From Bugula neritina (Eukaryota > Animalia > Bryozoa), in NCBI GenBank assembly GCA_964035545.1, contig OZ037766.1:1922001-1986000 (forward strand): 64,000 bases of DNA, in the 5' to 3' direction. Shown here piece by piece: positions 11,261 to 24,000 of this stretch. Positions within the stretch are counted from its first letter, which is position 1. The number at the start of each line of letters is the position of its first letter. Both the position numbers and the translations under genes were made by a program. The notes beneath the pieces were generated by a model. That model ran no database searches. It saw only the letters and a list, made by a program, of their open reading frames with translations, and had not been told where the DNA came from.

Positions 11261-14200
11261 AAATTTATCATTTGAAAATAACTATAAATATAAGTTAGTA
11301 AAGCGAAATCTAAAAATTATAATTCATAATTGTTTCAATTTGAGATAAAATTAGATATAATTATAATATAGTTTTATTAAAATTACCAACAAAAGTTAGA
11401 TATAAAATTATTTAAAAATAAATCAAAAATGAATGTTACTTGAATTGATTAATTTTATTGTAGAATCTAGCAGTTACCGTTTTTCTAGGTTGATAAAAAT
11501 TTAAAAATAACTAGAGAACAGTGGTAAAAGTAATACTCTAAAATTAATATGATAATAGTTTAATTTAAATAATTTCTTATCATGCGGTTATCATAGTGAT
11601 AAAACATATAATAATGGATATGCTAAAACATTAAATAGTAATATAATAATGAATTAAAACTAATAAACTCATTTATATGACTTCAACGTTGTTGTAATTA
11701 TGAATACCTGTATCAAATTCAATTAGATTTAACCAAACCATTTAAAATAGCTATAATACCTATGTAACTTAATGTTTAAAACAAATCACTACAATTTGAG
11801 TTCTATTTGTTGATGATAAATTTAATTTTAAAATAATGTTCCATTTGAAAAACAAAATAAAATATTTACAATTGCAGCATTCGCAGTTATTTGTGTTATT
11901 GGTTTTAAATAAATGTAATGCAGATGCTGTTATTGTAGAAGTTGTTAGTTGATTCACTGTTGGAGCTATATATACATATAGAGGCTTAAGAATTAAAGGT
12001 GGCTCATAATTTCGTTGTATATGTTTTTGTAATAAAATAAATAGATCAAATTGTTGAGGGCTTTAGTTGGACTACATGTTGCAAGGGCTTTGGCGCATCA
12101 AGAAAGCATTTCTTGTGGCCTTTCTGGTACCCCAAATAATATATTTCACTAGATTATTGCTAGCCTACATCAAATCAACCAATAACAAATCAATCATTTG
12201 CAATAAAATGCACTCACAGTATTCAGTGTCATAACGAATTTTAGTCTGCCGTCAAAATGATAACTACAATAAGTTTAAAATAAAGGTGTCTGCTATAATG
12301 GAGATTGGGCACAGTGTAAAAAGGATGGCAATAAATTGCACCATCTTTTAATTTCAACTATGGTCAGCTTCTTTTAGCGATTATTAGCATGATTATTGCG
12401 AAGGTAGTCTATAACCATTGCTTTACGTAATATACATGCCTAAGTTCTAGATCTTGCTTTCAATATACTAATGGTAGCAAAAAACTGATCAATGTTGGGA
12501 ATTTAAGTTTGAATTTCACCTTTTTCTGCCATGCATCAATAGTACTTGCAAATGCAATGAAAATAAACATCATTTTCGAAAATAATATTTAATAACTTTA
12601 TGATTTTTTTTCATATAATATGTTGAGAAATATGTTGCATACTTAGTTGTGTTTAGCTGAGCACCAATATGCCTTGCTAACTCTACTTATTACAGTATAT
12701 ATACTTATCACAGTATATATACTTATCACAGTATATACTGAAAGTTGTTTCACAGCTCACACCCACTACCATTTAATTTATGCTGGTCCTGCTCTGTATT
12801 AGTTGAATGATTTAGAATTCTATGTTGACACGTTGATAGGCAATGCAGAGGAAGCTGTTCGGCCAGAGCTCACTTCTGAAGAGAAGGAAGCAAAAGAGAA
12901 TGAGTGGAGAGAAGAGCTAATAAAAGTAGGATACAGCATGCTTTCCTAACTTCCTGTTAGATTTGTCTACGCGGCATATCTATTTCTTGTAAACTCGTAA
13001 CAGTAACAAATTTAACCTGTAAAATTTAGTTATAACTGGTAGAATTGCTAGTGTAAGCTACATAATTGCTAATACAAGATGCTTTATTTTATAGGCAAAT
13101 AGTTTCATAAGAATTGGATTCAATATTACTTAGGCGAAAGATTGAAATAGTTTAGTAGCCAAACAATTTAATTGTGATATCACATCAGCTGTGAGAATAC
13201 TGAAGTATTTTTACTCTGTCAATCAGAAGGGTTTGTTCTTGATTTCTATGCAGCTAAAACATCGGAACTAAGTGTTCTTTTAAAATGAAAATTTAACGTA
13301 TATCAGCTATTATCAGTCCAGTGCTCAGGAGTGGATGTTTTATTAATGATAAAATAAATATTGATTAATGTTGGAGCATCACACTCTCCACGATATTGAT
13401 TGTATACACCAGCTGCGACTGAGGGTTGTAAAGGAAATAGATATAACATACCATTAGTAATAAATAATAGTCTACCTACATACGTGCAGCATGTATATTT
13501 GTTTGTAGATACTTATTAACTCGCAATAATATCTCGCAAATGTTGATTATTATAAACTCTAGTGTGCATGTTGTTGATTCTAATTTATATGTCTGTAAGT
13601 TAAAACATTAATTTTCTTCAAAAAGCTGTTGAAACACACATTTTCCTAGTATAAACACAGGCTTGGTGTCAGCATAAGATGTAAGCTGAACAAATGTAAT
13701 TGTTCTCAGTGATGTCTACATTGTTCTCAGTGATGTCTAAATTAAAATTGAGAACTCAGTCTGCTTTTTTGTTGAACTGAGTTTATAATACTTAAATATG
13801 AGCTTAGTATAGCTGCAGAATGCACTTTCCTTACTTAGTATAGCTGCAGAATACACTCCCTCACTTAGTATTGCTGCAGAATGCACCTCCCCTCACTTAG
13901 TATTGCTGCAGAATGCACCTCCCCTCACTTCATATTGTAGACTGAGGAAGAGGTGAACACGCTGAAGCAGGTTTTGGCCTCCAAACAGAAAAGAGTTACG
14001 GATTTGAGAAGGCTGTTGGGTATTGGGATTGTCTCGAAAATCTCTAAAGACGTGAATCAGGGCATCAGTAGACTCTCTGAGTCGGAAGTGTAAGTGAAAT
14101 ATCAACTATGAACGAGTGAGTAGATGTAAGTGAAATATCAACTATGAAAGAGTGAGTAGATGTAAGTGAAATAGTAACTATTAACCAACATGCTGGTGTA

Positions 14201-16366
14201 ACATTAAGGATTACAGTTTTATAATACGGGTTTGTCGTGTTAGTGGATCTGTAGGTAGAAAACATTGGATGAGTCATGGCTAGTTGAGTGTATTTCAACA
14301 CAAACAGAACATGTAAACAAATGTTATAAAGAGAAGGCCTTGCAAATAGATCTCAACATACATTGTATGATTGTTGTAATGTAATGGTATATAAGTGCTA
14401 TGTATAGTTGATGTTCTATGGTCTATGTTGATGATGACAGGGTGATGAAAGCCAACACTGCACTGAAGACAGCCGGAGAAAAAACTAGTGCTGCCTTTTC
14501 CACTGTGGGCAAGAAGTTGGAAGATGTCAAGTGAGTTAATTTCTTATGATAAAGTCATATTGAATAAACGTAGTGTCTGCTTGCTGGAACAGCTCTAATG
14601 TTGAAGAGTTTTTGTGTTTTAATTGAAATTGTAGCAGTTTATACTTGCATAGACAAACTCATTGTTGTATTATGTAGTTTCTGTAGATATTGCACACATA
14701 AGGAGTTTCACAGCTTGAGCTTCTAATCTATGCCAGTCTGATTTTCTCACTGGAGATTGTAGATTTTTATTCAATTCTTATTTTCTCGTTTTTCTGTTAC
14801 AGGAATTCAGAGTTTGTGAAGTCATTTGAAGAGAAAGTAGGCCACGCCTACGACAGCGTAAAGGTATATACCTGAGGCTGCGGTTACAGTTTGCACCTAA
14901 TTTGTTTCCGCTGCAGTTTACACTTTCATTCCTTTTACTACACTATTGTGACTCATCATAGCAGCTGGTTTGGGTTTTATTAAACTCTTGTTCAGATTTA
15001 GTACTATGACAAGGACCATATCTGGCAATATGCACTTCTGCTAACTATTCTTATGGTGATCTAAGTTATGCTTATCAAAAGACAAAGGCGTTAATTTCTA
15101 CACACCCTTCACGTTATTAGTGTAGTGTATGAATGCTATGTCTCAGCATGTTGAGTGTAGTAACAGAATATATAGCTTACATCACTCTTTGTACTGTTAG
15201 TTACAGTTTTGTTTGTTTGTGCATGTAGCAAGAATGGAGCAAGCAGGTAATTTGGCTAGATGTGCTATAATAACCTACCAGACTATTAGCCCTTTTAATT
15301 GTTGTCATTGATGTAATATTTCAGTGCTGTTTCTTATGTTAGGAGTTGTGCTGCTAATGTAACAAACACTGAATAGTAGAAACAACTCCTACTTTATCAT
15401 CTAACCACTTTATTCATAAAACTTTATTTATAATTGAAAATATTTTCAATTAAAATAATGAGAATCTACTTTAAAATGATATTAATTTCAGCGACACATC
15501 GGATTTAAATTTATTGTTCTTTTGAAAGTATGTTTGGCAAATGAAAGGCGGATTTTTGTAAAATTAGTTTAAATTCAAGTTCATTATTATAAATATAATT
15601 CAACTGTACAAACTTTAAATTAGATTTTTAGAGTAAATTTTTCTTAAGAATACCAAAAAGCAGTTTTCTATATTATAATTTCAAAGTGATGATAAAACTT
15701 CTCTGTTAAAAACAGAAAATGCTTATGAATAATGCCTGCAGTCACTAAAATGTTGGTGTTTGGAAAATTTCCAATTTAAACTAGACGCATGTCAAGTGAT
15801 GCCCATCCAATCTCCTATTTGTTTTGTTGCCAGAAATCTAAGTCTCTGTTTGCTATTAGCAACGGGCCGGTGAGTGTAGCTGTTGTAATCTCACACCTGT
15901 CCTAGAGTGTCATCATTGCTTATAGTGTTTTTGTAACTCTACTGTTTACTATGCCATGTTCACCCTCTCTATATGAGTTGCCTTTCATTGCACTTTTCCA
16001 TCTCTTGGAGTGAATTTTGTCAACTTTAATATATTCGACAAACGAGCGAAATATCACAATTTAGTAGCATTGTTGCGAGCTACATTTTATGCTTCAAATA
16101 TTACACTTTTATTAATTTATATATTCTTTAAATGCAGAAGTCTTTCCCCAAATGATATATTTTCGCATTAATTTGATGCTAGATATATAGTTTCCAGGTG
16201 TTTCCTGCTGTTGTTACTACTTGAGATCAATATTTTAGTGCTCCGTGTTCCAATATGTTAATCTCTTTTATCTCAGGCTAAAGTTGGAGGGAATAAACCT
16301 GCTGCTGCTGCCGAGGTTCCACCAACCGAGTCTGGGGAAGGGGCAGGTGCTGAATCCACCCAGTAG
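10829..16366 (+). CDS. TPD52: Tumor protein D52-family coiled-coil protein (about 174 aa, or 186 aa with the cassette exon)
   Basis: Exons 10829-10877, 12840-12925, 13941-14089, 14441-14530, 14803-14863, [15834-15869 optional], 16277-16366 are GT-AG and in frame. EWREELIKTEEEVNTLKQVLASKQKRVTDLRRLLGI, AGEKTSAAFSTVGKKLEDVKNSEFVKSFEEKV and KVGGNKPA match D52 hallmarks. Exon 1 is the least certain. Confidence 0.9.
13803..14175. repeat. Two minisatellites bracketing TPD52 exon 3 (about 31 bp x4 before the acceptor; 36 bp x2.5 containing the donor)
   Basis: cacttagtattgctgcagaatgcacctcccct units at 13803-13930; gtaagtgaaatatcaactatgaa.gagtgagtagat units at 14090-14175. Confidence 0.85.
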
Positions 16367-16700
16367 AGGCTCCCAACATTCTACATAGCCTTCTCTCTAT
16401 AACAGTGGCTCAACAAAAATTCCGAGAACCGGTTGTTAGAGCTTAGCTCGAAGACTTCATCGCATTATTTTATAAACTAAAATCTCAACTTATTTAGATT
16501 TACACTAATTTGTTTATACTTGTAACAGGTTCTAGTCTTTTAACATAATTTGGGATTGCAAGGTTTATGGCTTATGTTAAATTTTCATGTTGTTGCTTTC
16601 TAACGAGCAGTCTTGTAATGAGTATGCAATGTAGTTCTAGTAATCTACTAAACAGCACTAAAGAATCTTTTCTAGATCACATTATTTTTATTTAACTATA

Positions 16701-16717
16701 AATAAAATGTTTTTATT
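16701..16717. terminator. Candidate polyadenylation signals of the convergent TPD52 (+) and membrane-protein (-) genes
   Basis: AATAAA at 16701-16706 (+) and TTTATT at 16712-16717 (AATAAA on -), between the two stop codons. Confidence 0.45.
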
Positions 16718-16998
16718 TATTAATTTAATCATTTATTTTGAAAATAACACTGCTACATTTGCATCCATTCATGCTAAAAACAACACAACTATGTTCAGAC
16801 TAAAAGAAAACTCAAAAATTATGTTTGTGTGTATAAATTTCTTTATAAATTATTAACTTATTTAAAACTACAAAAAGAGCAAAACAACAAAATAGCTAAA
16901 CTGGCAGTTTATATTTAATAGAATTGAAACAAGCAAAACAATCATCTGTCACACCTTGAAACTGCATTGACTATAGAAACCCAGAGGTCAAAAATACC

Positions 16999-18029
16999 TC
17001 AATCTACTTGGTTAACATCTGTAGGCTCGCCCAAGTATTCCTTTCCCAACCAAAACATGTAGGCGACAACTCCTACGCCTGTAAGGCACCTGAGGATCTG
17101 GGATCTTGGTAGATAGTGTTTAACGTTGGCAAGCACAAGCAAGGTGCCATAATTGAACAACACACTTCCAGTTGCAGATATTAACACTTTCTTGTAGGTT
17201 TCTAGATCCTTCCGTTGATGCACACTCTTATAAATGCACAAGCCAACTCCAACATGAGCCAAGGTAAAGCAGCAATTCTGAACCAATGAGCTTTTGGCTC
17301 CAAATGGTCTAAAATTAACATTTTTACAATAGATGGTCATAGTATTGTCAACATTATTACTAAACAGTGGTATAGATTATTAATCGAAAGACATAGAATT
17401 CGTAGTCACCGTAATTTGGTGTTTGTTATTGTTACCTAATGCAATGTTTTCTAAGGATGTTGATAATAATTCATATTATCATTATGTTAAATCTGTGATA
17501 ATTTTTTTAATTTGCCACCTCTATCACTATGGGAATTGTTATTTATGCTTGCACTTGTGATCGTCATCATGATCATGGTTACAACATCAATTGAATAATA
17601 TCTAATGAATAATGATAACAATTACGAATAACAATAATGATTACTGTTTTGATTTTCACACACCATTTGATTTCATTAGTGGCTGCACCACATTTTCATT
17701 TTGACTTATGATCAAATGATTTAATTTTATGTTTCATTCAATATTAAATTGTTAAACTTAAAGTTAATGCTACAGTTATTGTTAATTATAATATTAATGT
17801 TATACTTATAGTTTTATAACCGTGAGTTTAGTTGATGATTCAATAGAAAAGCTAACCTGTTCAAAATAAGTGGAGACATCAAATTCGTATTAAAAGCCCC
17901 ACAAGAAAAAGCTGCCACATATGGAGCATTGTTAAAGCACAGTGAACAAGCACCAGCGGATTGAGATTGACTTTGAGATTTATCCCTTTGCTCTGAAATA
18001 CCAATGTCACCTTTAGCATGTTGATCCAT
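16999..18029 (-). CDS. Small uncharacterised multi-pass membrane protein, about 160 aa, 2 exons
   Basis: Exons 18029-17857 (MDQHAKG...AFNTNLMSPLILN; donor ag|gttagc) and 17308-16999 (acceptor ttttag|; RPFGAK...LAHVGVGLCIY...SATGSVLFNYGTLLVLA...LPRSQILRCLTGVG...GKEYL) join in frame. Several hydrophobic helices. It resembles, from memory only, an unnamed invertebrate family with a GSVLFNFGS-like motif. Confidence 0.75.
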
Positions 18030-18266
18030 GATTAAAAAATAGATTTGCAAACTAATAACAGCAATATTGTGACAAGCGCAACTTGATAATTGAGCCTAAA
18101 CTGTAAATATTCACATGAATATTATCGTCACTCCTGAATGAAGAAATACTCATGTGGGAGTTGTTACCAAATGCATTAATTCCAAAAACGACATGTTTTG
18201 TACTAACGAGATGTTCTACGCAAACCGTCATATATACGAATTGAACTAAAAATAGGGCTACATGTC

Positions 18267-18277
18267 TGCACATGCGC
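18267..18277. promoter_or_regulatory. NRF1-like motif in the bidirectional promoter of the membrane-protein and zinc-finger genes
   Basis: tgcacatgcgc versus the NRF1 consensus TGCGCATGCGC (1 mismatch), lying between divergent gene starts. A putative non-coding first exon of the ZnF gene ends at tttcag|gtaatg (about 18448). Confidence 0.4.
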
Positions 18278-21002
18278 TTTTTACAAGAGAAAAGTCCCAG
18301 TCACTTCAACAAAAAACCACTTGGAATAAAGAGCCAAAGTCACATTTGACGTTGACTTCGAGTCATTTAAAATAAAAATTTTAACTGTCGACAAAAATTC
18401 TCAGTTTTGATTTGTGACTCTATGAAATGACCCATTAAAAGTTTTCAGGTAATGGCATGTTGTTATCTTGTTACATTTTTTAATTTCAATTTGACTTTGA
18501 ATTGTGAGTGTAACTTTTGAGTTTGTAAGCTTAAGGCTAAGCTAAAGCCAAAGCAAAGCCTAAAAGTAAAATTTACACTTATAGTTATAGTTATACTTTT
18601 AGCTAGTCATAATCATAATGTTATTAAATTTGAGTTTCGTATTTATATTGAGCGTTATAAAATTAAAATAATTAAATAATTAATAATTATATTTATTGAA
18701 AAAAGTCAAAGTGAAAGTGTAACTCACTAACTGTAACTATAATAAATCTTATACAGCTCTGGCTCATTCACTGATACTCACAGTGGAAGTGACAAGTCAC
18801 ACTAGCAGTAACAGTGTTAGTAGTGAGTAAAACTAGACGTCAGTTAGTTATTCATATTCATATTGATTATTGATATTGTAATTTTCAAATTGTTTATCAA
18901 GTCATAAGCTAGTATTTTAATTTGTGTTATTTGACTTTGTTAGGCTTAAAGTTAATCTTAATGGTTACTGTTATAGTTAAGTTATAGTTAATAAATAATT
19001 AATATTTTTAAAACTTAATGCCATCACTTAGTCTTATAAGTTATACTCAATAAGTTATAGTTATACTATTACTTTATTACCTCAGTTTATTACCTCACTT
19101 GAGGCAGGACTTCCGCAGCAACTGGAATGTCTATACTCTATAGCCATAACGAAACATCTTGAGTCTAGTGATAACTTATATTAGTATTAGTTATAGTATA
19201 AGTATCACTGTATAACTTATACTTATAGTTATTACTAATACTATTAGTAATAGTAATAGTATTAGTACTACTATTGCATTTACTATGGTATTGGTATTAA
19301 ATTTAGTAATGCTTATACTGATCGATTATGACTATTTATTTACGATAAGGGTTTTAAATATTGGTCATACTAATACTAATACTAATACAGTAATAGTAAA
19401 TATAATAGTAATAATTCCAATATTTAGTGTTACTAAACATCAAGTCTAATAATCATTGGTTAAGTATATCCATTTGCAAAAGCTACCAGTGTTTTGCTAT
19501 CTGTGTGTATGATTTCTCCAAAAGATGCTTATATCTAGCAGTTGAAGACGTTTAAATTTATTTTAAAGATGAAAGATTCAAGATTTTTATTGTTTTGAAA
19601 ACCCTTTTTCTAGTATTATTTTTAATTTTGAATTAATTTTTTATTATTTAAGGTTGTTCATATTGTTAAGCTTCAATTGTTCCTACTGTAAGGTTTTTAT
19701 GATATCTATAATACTCAGCCCTGCTCATTTGACTTTATTAAAACTAGAATTATATCTGTTTAACTTGAGAAATGTCACAGCAAAAATAGCTCCCTGGGCA
19801 GTGGCTGAAAATAAAAATATATTTTGAACACATTGCATAATAGTGTTTGATTCACTGTGTCACATTAGAAACACCATTATAAATTTGTGTGTTGTTTTCA
19901 AGTAGTGTAATAGTATCTTCATCTATATATCTGTATTCAAATTATTACTATTGTTTATAAACATATAAATTACTACAAAACAACAACTTCTTGGGCTTGC
20001 TGTTAAACACTGTTATTGTGACAGTTCCAGTTAATATCAGTGTGTGATCCAAGTATGAAGTTGTTCTAAAATAATAATAATTGAATTTCAGTTATGACAT
20101 GTTGGGAATAAAATTTATGTACAAGTCCAACAATATAGGTGTAGCAGTATATGCTAAACTATTTGATTTTTACTACAAGAAATTTTTTTCAGCATTCGTT
20201 ACACGTATGTAGCCCTGCCTGTGTGTAAATTATAATTTTTCCCAGTGTTGGTGCAAGTGTCTTATAGTTATCAGTAGGTTAAACTATTCAAATGTAGGTG
20301 TTGTTAGATAGAATTAATATTTTAAACTCGTAAGTCAAACTGAAATTTAAAATAGCTGAGATATGATAGACTGGGTAAGTCGTAGGAATATTTATATTTT
20401 GTGTCTTATCTTTCTAGATGAATAAGATAAAAATCAATAAAAGTGTTACTGAATTGATCTTCAACTGTAAAAAAAATTTTATTTCAATTTTATATCCTTT
20501 TGCTGTGATTGTAATGTAGTTTAATCACTCATGACTATCAAGTTAAAACCATTATGGTAACTATGGAGATAGGATGGTCATAATAAACTTGATTTGCCAA
20601 CTTTTGCCATTTCAAGCTTGAACTTAGTTTTAAACGAAAACATTTTCAGTTTTCAAGTTGGGCTAGAATTCTGCAATCATATGATAGTACTAGATAATAT
20701 CTGGACCATTATGGTCCAGTTTCAGTTTGTAGTCCCTGTTTGATTGTTATTGAGCTAGTAAGGATTTCTTAGTCATGTCTGGTTTTCCTAGTGTTGTCTG
20801 TCAAAAGGGAGATAAATCTGAACACCAGTTTTTCACTTTAAACTGGTGACTTGAACACCATACGTGTCTCATTACCTTGGGGAGTTGTATGTGTTGACTA
20901 AACACTGGTGTAGTACTTACTGTTCTGTTGTGAATAGAAAATATCAGCAAGACTCTAATCTTTATTATTATCTTGTAAACAGGAGGTGCAACTTCAAGCT
21001 CA

Positions 21003-24000
21003 ATGTTGACCATGAACGCTACTGTCTGTCTGTTTTGTGACTCCGAGTATGGTGACCCACTGCTGCCGTACTACGTTGACAAGGTGGCAGCGCTTTGTCA
21101 CCTTGTCAGTAAAGAGAATCTGCTCAATAAGAAGATGTGTATGAGGTACGTCTCTCTCTCCTTCCTCTCTCCCCCCTTTCTCCTCCCTCTATCCCCCCTC
21201 ACTCTCTCTCCCTCTCTCCTCCCTCTATCCCCCCTCACTCTCTCTCTCTCTCCCCCTCTCTTCCTCTCTCCCTCTCTCCCCCCCCTCTCTCTCTCCCCTC
21301 TCTCTACTATGTAGAGCAACAGCCAATATGTCAAACAATGTCATGTGCTGCAATAAATATTATGACAAAGCTGCCTTCTCTTTCTTATATCCTCCTGCCT
21401 GATAATGCTCTAGTTTTACTGAAATTAAGTGTGCTGAATCAAAGCCACTTTGAGCAATTGGTTTAGCATGGTGATGTCAGGGAGATTATTTGTGTCTTAG
21501 TTTGTTGTGAAGCTATGTAACCCGGCAGAACCCCTCCTGCATTTGTCACAGCACAGCAAGTAAGGGTCTCAGTGTGTTGCAGGTGCAAGCTGAATGTAGA
21601 CATGATAGAGAATGCCCTGAGGCTAAGGGATATAATGGTGGGCTCTCTGAATATGAAGTTAGCTACTTTGAGTAGCAGAGTCGGGGCGGGTGACGTGGCC
21701 TCCCATACCACGCAGGACGCGGCCAACCTCGCTAACCACCTGCCTCCACTCCGAGACTCTCAGACTGGCAGCGAGTGCGTCGAGTCTACAGACGCTGGGA
21801 AAGAAGACGCTGTTTCTACGTCTACACTAGTCAACAGCTCCGGGACTGTCGGCAGCACCCCTGCATTCAACGCGTCGGAAGCTTTAATCAACAGGTGAGG
21901 CCATGTGAAGGTGTAATATTAAAATTATTAGATAATCCGTTGTTTTTTCAGTTCATTTTTAGTCAGTTTTATAGTGTAGAGACAATGTGTTTATAGTGTA
22001 GAGACAATGTGTTTTATAGTGTAGAGACAATGTGTTTTATAGTGTAGAGACAATGTGTTTTATAGTGTAGAGACAATGTGTTTATAGTGTAGAGACAATG
22101 TGTTTTATAGTGTAGAGACAATGTGTTTTATAGTGTAGAGACAATGTGTTTTATAGTGTAGAGATAATGTGTTTTATAGTGTAGAGATAATGTGTTTTAT
22201 AGTGTAGAGATAATGTGTTTTATAGTGTAGAGACAATGTGTTTTATAGTGTAGAGATAATGTGTTTTATAGTGTAGAGATAATGTGTTTTAAGGTACAAA
22301 TTGACTTGCACATGTCATACTTGGTCACTAGACTAAACTCTGTTCCCTTTACCGTATTACTGTATAATGTGTGTATAACACAGTGACAGCTGTGTGTTGG
22401 GTTTACAGACATTTCACTTGGATACTGTTATATGCTGTGCTCTTACTGTACATATGCTATTTCTTGTTGTACAAGCATGCAATGTACAACTTATTATTGT
22501 TGACAGCAACTTATGTTATTGTTAGTTGGTATAATTATATTAAAATAATTACATCCTTTTCACCACCAGAGCTATGAGCAGCCATGTTTCTTAGTAGATA
22601 GCTGTTCCACTTGTTTCCTCTCTTGTTATCTTCTCTTTGTTCTTCTATTCTTTTCTCCTTTGACTGCTATTGTGTTCTTTATACAACTTGGCAGACTATT
22701 TAAATTATATGTTGTATAGTGTAGGCTTGTCATGTAGCAGTCGGTAATATTTATATTCTCTCATCTCAAACCAGAGCATATTATATACTGCATTCATCCA
22801 CCTTAGGCTAGGCATTATCATTTACCCTTCATCTGTATTTTCACTCCGCCCAAATTAATTAATACAAGTTTCATTGTTAATAAATGTTCATAGGTATGAC
22901 TATAATACTATCCAGAAATCATTTCTGTATGTTCAATGCTTGTGACAGTTGCTCCAATAACCCTGGCTCACCAAGGTGTAGCATTTTGTTGTTGAAGCCT
23001 CTGTTTCTCAATGTAGTGTGAATATGTTTGGGGCGTTCACCATGCCACACCTAACCAACGGCTCCTACAGCAACGGAGTGACCCCAGCAGTTAGCCACAG
23101 GACCCACGGCAGACGGATACCAAAGTGCCCCAAGTGCAGCATCAGTCTCAAGACCCGTCCCTACAATGACGCCATGAAGCACATTCACAAGTGAGTCTAC
23201 GCTTACCAGTGACTACTGGGTACTGTGGGTACTATGTACTGTGATACTGGCTGGTAAGAGTGATACTGAGTAGTTATACTGACTTACGGTGAGTTACACT
23301 GACTGATAATAGTGATACTGAGAGTGAGTAGTGATACTGAGTACTGAGAGTGAATACTTAGTACTGAGAGTGAGTAGTGATACTGAGTACTGAAAGTGAG
23401 TAGTGACAGTGAATACTAAGTACTGAGAGTGAGTAGGGAGTACTGACTAGTGACTAGTGATAATGAGTACTGTGTGACTCTAACTAACATAAAATATAAT
23501 ATTCAAAGGTACTGAAGCCGGCGGCCATATTGAGTTCATCTTCAGCTAGTCTCATTGTTGTGCTACATCTTTTTATTGTTAGTTTAGTGTGTCGAGTGAA
23601 ACATGCAGTTTTGTTATTACAGTTAATGCTTGTGGTATTGAGTTACCTTCTTCATCCTTTATCTCCATTGTATATAATTTGTTGTTTAATTTTATTCTAC
23701 TGGTTTTATTATACTGCCTGGTGGTATGCTAATGCATTGCTGGCACTCAGCTATACGCTACTGCCTCAGTGCCCTGCTCTATCCCTGGTCCTGCCCCCCT
23801 ACTCTATCCCTGGTCCTGCCCTCTACACTATCCCTGGTCCTCCCCCTACACTGCCTCCCTACACTGCCCCTGCCCTCTACAGGCAGTATATTCTTGCTAT
23901 TATTCAAAAGGATATATTACTATGAATAAGTAGATATTGAATACCATGTAATGAGGAAAATAATGGTATAACTCAGTCTGGGTGAATCAGTGTTTTTAGC

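Noticed and set aside
21968-22290. Regular short repeats resembling a CRISPR array (also 36775-36975, 46050-46334, 48660-49169)
   Set aside because: Head-to-tail units have no unique spacers, there are no cas genes, and the context is eukaryotic and intronic or intergenic.
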